Source of the DNA: Candidatus Fermentibacteraceae bacterium
GTDB lineage: Bacteria; Fermentibacterota; Fermentibacteria; Fermentibacterales; JCC-6
DNA: 64,000 nucleotides
Direction: 5' to 3'
Assembly: GCA_016936235.1 (NCBI GenBank)
Contig: JAFGPK010000093.1
Coordinates: 99 to 64,098 of the forward strand
A program made the translations under genes and the position numbers. The notes below the pieces were generated by a model. It did not search any database. It had not been told where the DNA came from and was given only the letters and a program-made list of their open reading frames with translations. Of the stretch, positions 56,545-64,000 are shown piece after piece (positions within the stretch are counted from its first letter, which is position 1; each line of letters starts with the position of its first letter).

Positions 56545-57418
56545 CGTTGGCTGCCTGTTCCTTGAGGGAAGCCAGGATGCTCTTCATTTCGACCACGTCC
56601 ACGGCGAGTCTTGAATCATCCACCTTGGCGCCCATGGTGTTCAGTTCCCTGTGCATCTCCTGAAGGATGAAGTCAAGGCGTCTCCCCACAGGCTTCTCCT
56701 GTTCGGAGATGGTCTCAATTGCATGGTCGATATGGCTCAGGAGCCTCTGGACCTCCTCCGAGACGTCGCTTCGATCGGCCATCATGGCCAGTTCCTGCAT
56801 CAGTCTGTCCCGGTCCAGCTCAATGTCCGAGGTCAGCTCCTCCACCCTTTCCCGAAGTCTCCGGAACCGTTCCTTCACAGACGCTTTCTGGAGGTCTATC
56901 ACCGGCGTCGCCAGCTCCATGACGGAACGGAGCCCGCTGTGGAAGACCCCGGCAAGATCCCGGCCCTCCCTGGTCCGGCTCTCCTCAAGCTGATCAAGGG
57001 CTGACTCAACTGATGACGCCATGATACTGCGGAGCTCCTCCCGGTCGATGTTCGAGGCATCTGCCCTCTCCATGACTCCGGGAAGGCCCAGGAAGACGGA
57101 TACGGGAATGTCGCCCACGGCCCCCAGTTCATTCCTGAGACGATCGGCGGCGGCGAGGTACGCCCAGGCAGTGTCAGTGTTCAGGAAAAGACCGCTTCCG
57201 TCGTCCCCGACTGATTCGAGGCGGGCTTCTATCCTTATCCTTCCCCGGCTGAACCGCTCCTGTACGGCCTTCACTATCCCCGGCTCCATCTCGGATGCCG
57301 GATCGGGGAGACTGACGGACAGGCTGAGGTTCCTGTGATTCACCGATCTCACCTCGACGGTGAGCATGAAGCCGGCCCCCCTGCCGGAAGCGCGACCGAA
57401 TCCGGTCATTGATTTCAT
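56537..57418 (-). CDS. yicC: YicC-family protein
   Basis: 293 aa with the characteristic N-terminus MKSMTGFGRASG and C-terminus ...EIVEMKSILASLKEQAANVE. Confidence 0.85.
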   Translation of the reverse strand: MKSMTGFGRASGRGAGFMLTVEVRSVNHRNLSLSVSLPDPASEMEPGIVKAVQERFSRGRIRIEARLESVGDDGSGLFLNTDTAWAYLAAADRLRNELGAVGDIPVSVFLGLPGVMERADASNIDREELRSIMASSVESALDQLEESRTREGRDLAGVFHSGLRSVMELATPVIDLQKASVKERFRRLRERVEELTSDIELDRDRLMQELAMMADRSDVSEEVQRLLSHIDHAIETISEQEKPVGRRLDFILQEMHRELNTMGAKVDDSRLAVDVVEMKSILASLKEQAANVE

Positions 57419-57537
57419 CGGGTCCCTCCCGCGTGAGGCTTTTCAGACGGCACGGTACAGTACGAATTATATTAAACATAATTGATCCTGTTCACCAGTA
57501 GCCCGGGAACGACCGGCAGCCTTCGAAGGGGGTATCC

Positions 57538-59133
57538 GTGGAAGGTGTCTATCTGAGCGCGCTGATACCGCTTCTGGATGACCTCATCACAGGCGGTGTG
57601 TGCCTCAGGGTAGGACAGCCTGTCAAGGAAGGTCTGGGACTGGTTTTCGACAGGGGAATGCTGGTGATCTGCGCGAGACCCGGTTCGCCCGGACTGTGGT
57701 GGGACGTGGAATCCCCCATGTCGGATACCCTCTCGCCCGCGTGGGACCAGCACATCAAAGGGGCCGAGGTCGTCGGTACTGTCCAGCAGGGGGCGGACAG
57801 GGTCCTGGAGATCCATTTCAGCAGCAGGCTCCTCTACGGGGCCTCCGATACCAGGCTCGTCTTCGAAGCCACCGGAAGGAACGCCAACCTGATCCTGCTG
57901 AGGCGGGAGGACGGGAGAATACTGGCCTGCCAGCGCAGGGTCACGTCGTCGGACAGCAGGTACCGGACCGTGGCGCCTGGACAGGTGTACGTCCCCCCTC
58001 CCCCCTCCGGACTGTCGCCGGGTTCCTGGAGCGCCGACCCCGCGTTTTCACAGGCCATCGGAAAGGACCCTTCACCCCAGGTCCTGTACCGGATGCTCGA
58101 GGGAGTGGGGCCCGTGACCGCCAGGGCGATCCTCAGGGAGGCGGTCGACCGGTCCACCGGGGTCCTTGAAGTAGTAAGAGACCTCGAGAATGCCCTGATC
58201 GAAAAGCGATTCTTCCCCTGGGAAGGTGCCGGGGGTCCGCTCCCCGTCAGGCTGGGTCCCGGAAGGCCTGTCGCAGACCCCCTTTCCCCGGGCGGAGGAG
58301 AGGACACCCGCACAATCAGGGAAGACAGGCTTGAAGTATGGAGGAGCATTCTCGGCAGCAGGCTGTCATATCAGAGGAGAAGGCTGGCCCGTCTGGAGAC
58401 GGCCCTTGACGGACTGGTATCACCCGACGAGTACAGGACATGGGGCAGCCTCCTCCTTTCGGTGGAGGACGGGAAACGGAAGGGTCTTAATGAGATCAGG
58501 CTCACTGACTGGGAGGGCGTGGACCACGTCATTCCGCTGAAGCCCTTCCGCACTCTGAGGGCCGGCGCCGCAAGGTTCTTCAGGAAGGCTTCCAGCATCG
58601 GGCGCGAGAGGAAGAATCTCGAATCCCTCCGTGAGACCACCCTGAAGGAGATCGGCATGCTGGAGGGTTCCCTTGATGAATCCGGCGAGCTTGGCGTGGG
58701 GGAGCTGGAGGAGAATATCCGCGGGGATCGAATGGAACGGAAGAGGGAAAGGGATGGGAAGAACCTGCTTCAGGCCACGGAGTTGAGCGGTGGCTGGAGG
58801 TGCTTCGTGGGCAGGAACGCCAGGCAGAACGAGGATGTGACCTTCGGGATAGGCAGGCGGGGGGACCTGTGGTTCCATGCCAGGGGGATCCCCGGCGCCC
58901 ATGTGGTGCTGAAACTCGACGGCAGGGCCGAGAACCCGCCGGGTAGCGTCATCAGGGAGGCGGCCGGGGAGGCAGCCCGGAGCAGCGGTGTCTCCTCGGG
59001 GGTGGTAGCTGTCGACTATACGAGAGTTCAGTATGTTAATCGAATGAAGAAGGGCAAGCCCGGTCAGGTGACCTACACGAGGGAGAAGACGATATTCGTC
59101 GACATGGACGGGAAGTCCTCCGGAACCAGATGA
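57538..59133 (+). CDS. rqcH: NFACT-family ribosome quality control protein (RqcH/FbpA-like)
   Basis: 531 aa with a GTG start. It has an NFACT-N-like N-terminus and an NFACT-R (DUF814) motif: GWRCFVGRNARQNEDVTF...GDLWFHARGIPGAHVVLK. Confidence 0.8.
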   Translation: MEGVYLSALIPLLDDLITGGVCLRVGQPVKEGLGLVFDRGMLVICARPGSPGLWWDVESPMSDTLSPAWDQHIKGAEVVGTVQQGADRVLEIHFSSRLLYGASDTRLVFEATGRNANLILLRREDGRILACQRRVTSSDSRYRTVAPGQVYVPPPPSGLSPGSWSADPAFSQAIGKDPSPQVLYRMLEGVGPVTARAILREAVDRSTGVLEVVRDLENALIEKRFFPWEGAGGPLPVRLGPGRPVADPLSPGGGEDTRTIREDRLEVWRSILGSRLSYQRRRLARLETALDGLVSPDEYRTWGSLLLSVEDGKRKGLNEIRLTDWEGVDHVIPLKPFRTLRAGAARFFRKASSIGRERKNLESLRETTLKEIGMLEGSLDESGELGVGELEENIRGDRMERKRERDGKNLLQATELSGGWRCFVGRNARQNEDVTFGIGRRGDLWFHARGIPGAHVVLKLDGRAENPPGSVIREAAGEAARSSGVSSGVVAVDYTRVQYVNRMKKGKPGQVTYTREKTIFVDMDGKSSGTR

Positions 59134-59140
59134 GTTCTCT

Positions 59141-59638
59141 ATGGGAAGGACGATCATGAAGGACAGTTTCACACAGGAGCACATGGAGGTGTTCAAGACC
59201 GCCTACCTCTTCCAGACTCTGGACCCGGAGGAGCTGGATCTCTTCGTGAAGAAGGCCAGGTACGCGGACATGACCCCGAACAGCGTGATAATCAGGGAAG
59301 ACGATCCGGGTGAGCAGCTCTTCCTCATACTGTCGGGCAAGGTCAGGGTCACCAAACGGACCTATGAAGGAATAGAGCAGATACTGGGGATACTTGAGAC
59401 GGGCGACTTCTTCGGCGAGATGGTCCTTCTGGACAGGAGGAGCAGGAGCGCTTCGGTCTACGCCCATTCGAGGGTGGAGCTGGCCAAGTTCCAGCACACG
59501 GAGGTAACGTCGATCCTGAACGACAACCCCCGGATCGGTCTCAAGGTCCTCAGGGCATTCTCCGAAGTCATTTCCCTAAGGCTCAGGAACGCCAACGACA
59601 AGCTCCGCTCCCTCCCCTTCATCGAGAGGACCTTCTAG
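59141..59638 (+). CDS. Cyclic-nucleotide-binding domain protein (no DNA-binding domain)
   Basis: 165 aa with the cNMP-binding signature FFGEMVLLDRRSRSASVYA. It is too short to include a Crp-type HTH. Confidence 0.75.
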   Translation: MGRTIMKDSFTQEHMEVFKTAYLFQTLDPEELDLFVKKARYADMTPNSVIIREDDPGEQLFLILSGKVRVTKRTYEGIEQILGILETGDFFGEMVLLDRRSRSASVYAHSRVELAKFQHTEVTSILNDNPRIGLKVLRAFSEVISLRLRNANDKLRSLPFIERTF

Positions 59639-59643
59639 CCCCG

Positions 59644-60030
59644 ATGGATACAGCCGTCATGCTGGACAGGGCCAGGAAGGCCCTCGAGAACTGCTACTGT
59701 CCCTATTCACGGTTCAGGGTTGCCGCCGTCCTGGAAGATGGGGACGGGATGCTTCATACTGGAGTCAACATCGAGAACGGTTCCTACGGCCTGACGATGT
59801 GCGCCGAGAGGGTCGCCCTGTTCAAGGCACTTTCCAGGGGTAAGCGGCAGTTCACCGGGCTCATGGTCTACTCCCCGGACGGAAATCCCCTGCCCTGCGG
59901 CGCCTGCAGGCAGGTTCTGGCGGAGTTCTGCAAAGGCGGCATGCCTGTGTATGCGGCCGGTGAAGACTCGATGGAGAAATTTACCCTGAAGGACCTCCTG
60001 CCCCATGCCTTCAGTATGAAGAATACCTAG
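59644..60030 (+). CDS. cdd: Cytidine deaminase
   Basis: 128 aa with zinc motifs CAERVA and PCGACRQVLAEF, plus YCPYSRFRVAAV. Confidence 0.9.
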   Translation: MDTAVMLDRARKALENCYCPYSRFRVAAVLEDGDGMLHTGVNIENGSYGLTMCAERVALFKALSRGKRQFTGLMVYSPDGNPLPCGACRQVLAEFCKGGMPVYAAGEDSMEKFTLKDLLPHAFSMKNT

Positions 60031-60282
60031 TTATGGGAATGGAGCCGGAGCCACAGGGTAGACGTCCGTGATCTGAAGCGGCAACAGCTGGCATGTCCCG
60101 CTGCCTTGGCGGAGCCTGCGGTCCGATGAACGGCAAAGCTGGAACGCACAAGCCGGGTGAACGGCAGGACAGTGCGCGTTGCGGTTGTCCTGCCAGACGA
60201 TCATAGCCCCGCCGCCGTTCTCTACGATCTGAGTCCGTTCATGCTTCGGCAGGGACAGCCCGGAAACTCCTTCTCCGGGACG

Positions 60283-61995
60283 TCATCGGACCAGTACGAA
60301 TTTCACCGGCTGCACGTCTGCTCCGGACAGCCTCGCGAAGTAGACGCCGTTCGAGCAATCCCCTGCCGGTGTCCAGCAGCCGGAGGTACTCGCCACGAGT
60401 TTTCCAGCAATATCGTAGATATCTATCTTGGGTTCCGCATCCATTCCGATGACAATGAACAGGGCGATGGAGGTTACCGGATTGGCCGTGATCGAGAATG
60501 ATACCGGCTGAGAGTTCGATTCCATACCGCTTTGTATCGATCCCCTGTAGACACCCGTGTTATGAGGATCGACACCCCGCATCGGCCAGTCGCGGTTGTC
60601 ACTGGATACCACACCGTCGGTATCCCAGGCGTACACCCATCCATCCCATGTGGCGGCGACGATTTCGTAGAGACCGTCTCCGTCGATGTCACCCACCACT
60701 GTTCCAGAAGTGGATGCCGCACTCATGGTCTTGGGGAAGCCTGCCAGCTCGGTCCCATCGCTGGAAAGTGCATGCAGGCTGCCGCCGTCCGTGGCGAAGG
60801 AGATATCCTGATTCCCGTCGTTGTCCAGGTCGGCCACCGAAGGAAAACCCTTGGGCCAGTCCGTCACAGCCACGGGCCATCCTGCGAGTGGAGCCCCCGA
60901 CGCCATGTCGATGGCCCATGCCCTGTAGTCGGAACTGAGCTGATTGTCTATGGCGAGAAGCTCCGGTGCGTCATCTCCGGTAGTGTCCCCCATTCCGAGG
61001 TAGAAGAGCTGGCTCCCGGATGAAATCGTTATGGGAAAACCCGAAACGACGGTTCCGTCATGGTGGACGGCCATGGCGTACGAAACGGAAGATACGTTGT
61101 AACCCAGGATGATCTCCAGGTCTTCATCGCCGTCCAGGTCCGCCGGTATCGGAGGCCCGAACATGAGATACCCACTGGACAGCGAGTGGATGGTGACCGG
61201 ATAACCCGGCTGGTAACCTCCGACGGAGTTCAGCAGATACAGCCTGAAGTCTCCGGAAAGGAGGGTTACCGCAAAGAACTCTTCCCCGCCGTCGCCGTCC
61301 GCGTCACCGAAATAGACGTCCAGGATGTCCTCGCCGGGGTCGAGGTCAATCGTGAAGAGGATACTGCCGTCGTAATCGAGCTTCGATATCCGGTAATAGT
61401 CCCCTGTGTTGCCCAGTGTGTGAGCGGTAACGGCTTCCAGGTTCCCATCTCCGTCGGAATCGCCGAGAACGAAGGGCGATGCAAGCGCGTTGGATGACTC
61501 GTCCGGAGCTGCGAGGGGGTAGCCGGGAAGGTTGATGCCGCTCGCCGACCTTCCGTTGAAGGTCCAGAGGTGAGAACTCCCGGCATACCAGTCTCTCGTG
61601 GACCACATGATCTCAGGGGTTCCGTCTCCGTTCATGTCCCCGGCTGAAGGCCCCGGCAGCTGGCCGGTGGAAGCGTAACCCATGTAGGTCATCTCATGCG
61701 TGGGCCATCCGGGAAGAAAGCTCCCATCCCCGCCAAGCCCGAATGTCTCTCCGCCTGTGAGGAATATCTCGCACGATCCGTTGTTATCAACGTCGCATAG
61801 AACCGGTGTGTAAGGGAATCCGGCTCCGGGCGAACCAAGGTTCACAGGCCATCCTCTGTGGAGGGATGCATCCGATTCTTCGGAAGCAGAAACAGCTTCC
61901 CGGGTTCCGATGAGGAAGTCCCCCGTTTCAGGAGTTTCAATGCTGCATGCGGATGAGTTCAATACGGTCAGCGCAGTTATGAGTAACAGGCTCAT
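60283..61995 (-). CDS. Lipoprotein with FG-GAP/VCBS repeats and T9SS-type C-terminal sorting domain
   Basis: 570 aa. The lipobox is LNSSAC. About 8 Ca-binding DxDxDG-type repeats are present (GDMNGDGTPEI, GDSDGDGNLEA, ADLDNDGNQDI, GDIDGDGLYEI and others). The CTD reads ...NPVTS...IDIYDIAGKLV...GVYFARL...KFVLVR. GGGAGGAAG lies upstream of the ATG. Confidence 0.7.
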   Translation of the reverse strand: MSLLLITALTVLNSSACSIETPETGDFLIGTREAVSASEESDASLHRGWPVNLGSPGAGFPYTPVLCDVDNNGSCEIFLTGGETFGLGGDGSFLPGWPTHEMTYMGYASTGQLPGPSAGDMNGDGTPEIMWSTRDWYAGSSHLWTFNGRSASGINLPGYPLAAPDESSNALASPFVLGDSDGDGNLEAVTAHTLGNTGDYYRISKLDYDGSILFTIDLDPGEDILDVYFGDADGDGGEEFFAVTLLSGDFRLYLLNSVGGYQPGYPVTIHSLSSGYLMFGPPIPADLDGDEDLEIILGYNVSSVSYAMAVHHDGTVVSGFPITISSGSQLFYLGMGDTTGDDAPELLAIDNQLSSDYRAWAIDMASGAPLAGWPVAVTDWPKGFPSVADLDNDGNQDISFATDGGSLHALSSDGTELAGFPKTMSAASTSGTVVGDIDGDGLYEIVAATWDGWVYAWDTDGVVSSDNRDWPMRGVDPHNTGVYRGSIQSGMESNSQPVSFSITANPVTSIALFIVIGMDAEPKIDIYDIAGKLVASTSGCWTPAGDCSNGVYFARLSGADVQPVKFVLVR

Positions 61996-62172
61996 CAGTT
62001 CTTCCTCCCGTTGGCTGGCATACCGTCTTGGAAATAAGATTCAAAGCATCCTGCTGTTTCACCTGTACAATGTTGTTCAAAACCGTTATCAGGTCAACAC
62101 CGGAGCGGACGGTTTTCCTCGCTAACAAGGTAATCTGTCAGCGGGATCAGGATCGAAGAACAGGTCAGGATT

Positions 62173-62670
62173 TCATTCGAGCATCTTCCTCAGCGCCCTG
62201 AAAGTTATCAGTTCACTTATGCTCTCCACGAACCTGATGTTCTCCCTGCTGTCGCTCGCCAGTGCTCCGCGGAGCATTATTGCTGTCAGGTCGTTATCCT
62301 GTGCAGCTCTGTAGGTCGAAAGCACGCAGTACTCGGCACAGTAACCGGTAACTATGACCGTATCGACACCGAGCTTCCCCAATTCCTCTGCCAGTGATGT
62401 CCTGTTGAAGGCGTTTCCGTACTTCTTGTGGATATGCAGGTCGGAAGGCAGCACTGCCAGTTCATCGGGAACTCCGAAGTCCTCCTTGCCGGGCACCAGA
62501 TCCATCTCTTCGGAAACATGATGAATACAGATGACCGGCAGGGCTTTCTCTCTGAACAGAGTTACGGTCGCATTGATGTACTCCGCGGCTTCGTTCAGGG
62601 ATTGTACCGCATTCGGATTGACCTTGAAGCACGCCTTCTGCATGTCGACTATCAACAGGGCCGGTTTCAT
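62173..62670 (-). CDS. Isochorismatase-family cysteine hydrolase
   Basis: 165 aa with ALLIVDMQKACF (Asp), K...F (HIHKKYGNAF), and VTGYCAEYCVLSTY (catalytic Cys). Its GC is visibly lower than the genes to its left. Confidence 0.8.
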   Translation of the reverse strand: MKPALLIVDMQKACFKVNPNAVQSLNEAAEYINATVTLFREKALPVICIHHVSEEMDLVPGKEDFGVPDELAVLPSDLHIHKKYGNAFNRTSLAEELGKLGVDTVIVTGYCAEYCVLSTYRAAQDNDLTAIMLRGALASDSRENIRFVESISELITFRALRKMLE

Positions 62671-63266
62671 TGCTTATTCCCTTCCTGGTTTATTTAACGA
62701 ATCGTCCTATTATTGACTCTAGCAACGGTCTCTAGTGATACATTAATGGCTAGTATGCAAGGGGGAGTATCCTGATGGAAGCCTCTGCCATCTATGCGTC
62801 TTCATCTCGAGTGCTATCGTGGCGGATATTACCGCGGCCTCGTATTCTGCTGCTTCCATCTCGTTCCTCCTTTTCAGTAAGCATTTCTCGAGTATGGTCC
62901 TCGACCTGGCCAGGTGCGCTGATCGGGGAGAGTTTACTGCTGCTTATGAGTGAAGAGCCATAGTGAATACTTCCCATACAGCGGTGTTTTTCGCAATATC
63001 CATATACTCCTGAAGGGAATCTGACCGCGTTTTTTGTCAAGATGGCTCAATTGTGAGCCTCCAGAGTTCTATCGATAATCGTACACCACTTTCAAACATT
63101 CTCCGGACAGTCTGGGATAGTATAACATCATTGATTCAAAGTGCTCTTTGACATAGAGAATTGTGTGCCAATGCTAAATGAAAGTTGACTCTGTATTGTA
63201 ATGGAAAGTATGGTTGGTTTAAGGCACAGTATTATTGAAAGAATGACTTTGTGAATGGAGATGCTC

Positions 63267-64000
63267 ATGAGATTCGAAGAGGCCGTTCATAACATTCATC
63301 CCTTCACTGAACTTCGAAGAATTGCGAGTGCTCACGTTGTCGACTGCAGAAATCTTAAGGAAGACGAACTTCGTTCTGCTCTTATAGCTGTGAAACCTCA
63401 ATACCTTCACGAGGAAACCGTCATCGCTAAAGTCGAAGAGGTCTTTTTTGCATCTGAGAATCTAGATACACGTGTTCTATCCAGGCTGATGTTAAACGAT
63501 GTCCTCATAGAGCAGTTAGGTTTCGGAGTCACAACTGATGAACTGGAAGACATTGTCATCTCCACTGAACAGGATGTTCTAAATAGATCGAATGAGGTCG
63601 AAATCCCAGATCTCGCAGGAGGTAGAAGCAGCAAGAATTTCGCCAACCTGGAGTTGTATAACTTTATTCTTACTGTTGCCTGGGAGCATAGAAATACTAA
63701 GTCACCTGACGAAGCCAACCTGTTAAGGAGACTTCGATTACGACTAGGGATAACTACAAAGCAACACCGAATACTTGAGGCAAAACTCGGTAAGTACCCG
63801 AAAGCTAATAATGAACTTCATTCTAGATCTGAAATCAGAGACGTCAGGAGGATTCTGCAACGACAGGGTTTGGTGTTCCAGATCAGGGATGACCATGGGC
63901 AGTATTTCGATGTAATTCCTGAAGAACTCGCAACTGTACTCCGGAAAATATTTTACAAGGAGATCAGACTTGATGGATATCGCATTATGCTCACCTCAAA
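63267..64000 (+). CDS. Partial CDS (5' part), unknown function, with HeH/SAP-like (Rho_N-like) N-terminal motif
   Basis: This frame is not in the ORF track because it runs off the window. I hand-translated it from the ATG at 63267 (GGAG 6 nt upstream; an alternative ATG lies at 63261) to 64000 without a stop, about 244 codons. It begins MRFEEAVHNIHPFTELRRIASAHVVDCRNLKEDELRSALIAV... and continues to ...PDEANLLRRLRLRLGITTKQHRILEAKLG.... The two tracked minus-strand ORFs here are antisense to it. Confidence 0.6.
   Translation, partial: MRFEEAVHNIHPFTELRRIASAHVVDCRNLKEDELRSALIAVKPQYLHEETVIAKVEEVFFASENLDTRVLSRLMLNDVLIEQLGFGVTTDELEDIVISTEQDVLNRSNEVEIPDLAGGRSSKNFANLELYNFILTVAWEHRNTKSPDEANLLRRLRLRLGITTKQHRILEAKLGKYPKANNELHSRSEIRDVRRILQRQGLVFQIRDDHGQYFDVIPEELATVLRKIFYKEIRLDGYRIMLTS

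Noticed and set aside
62775-63040. Tracked ORFs 62775-62963 (+, 62 aa) and 62792-63040 (-, 82 aa)
   Set aside because: They overlap each other, have no SD and show Ser/Arg-rich composition without motifs. The only SD-supported frame here is the 38-codon mini-ORF reported separately.
63219-63718. Tracked minus-strand ORFs 63219-63410 and 63407-63718
   Set aside because: Both are antisense to the long uninterrupted plus-strand frame that starts at 63267, and both have Ser/Leu-rich shadow composition.
1-64000. I looked through the whole window for CRISPR arrays, rRNA, tRNA, tmRNA, transposases, integrases, reverse transcriptases and toxin-antitoxin pairs.
   Set aside because: I saw no regularly spaced direct repeats, no rRNA or tRNA signatures, and no recombinase, RT or TA-like ORFs. 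A by-eye scan can miss short or degenerate elements, so tRNAscan-SE, Infernal and a repeat finder should confirm this.

Overview
The window is a roughly 60% GC chromosomal segment from a diderm bacterium. It encodes Omp85/TamB, TolC, three cargo proteins with T9SS-type C-terminal sorting domains, and PorV/FadL-like barrels. That content suggests an uncultured member of the FCB-type superphylum, but I cannot place it more precisely from sequence alone. I support about 56 protein-coding genes. Most are housekeeping: leuS, ndk, clpB, fabD, glgA, ispDF, radA, dnaB, cdd, a 4-subunit-type 2-oxoacid:ferredoxin oxidoreductase, UDG, MPG, rqcH and yicC. These are interleaved with secreted and outer-membrane proteins. 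Genes are tightly packed, with many 1-11 nt start/stop overlaps and several GTG/TTG starts. I found no rRNA, tRNA, CRISPR array, transposase, integrase or reverse transcriptase. The most unusual place is the right edge, about 62.0-64.0 kb. There the composition drops sharply to roughly 40-45% GC by hand count of a few lines. A long open reading frame of unknown function that is absent from the ORF track runs off the window, which fits the edge of an acquired island, but the window does not show what the island encodes. Other points worth a second look:
- an ABC-ATPase homologue with every catalytic motif replaced, next to a permease-like protein
- a Gmk-CoaB fusion with no CoaC
- a ThiD-Nudix fusion followed by a free-standing DnaJ-type zinc-finger mini-protein
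- a multi-PAS protein with a degenerate kinase end
- two paralogous beta-barrels flanking ndk
- three perfect palindromes in intergenic regions: a 26-bp hairpin element at 11.4 kb, a 14-bp palindrome upstream of clpB, and a 10-bp inverted repeat in the oxidoreductase promoter region
Functional calls come from motif recognition by eye, not from database searches.
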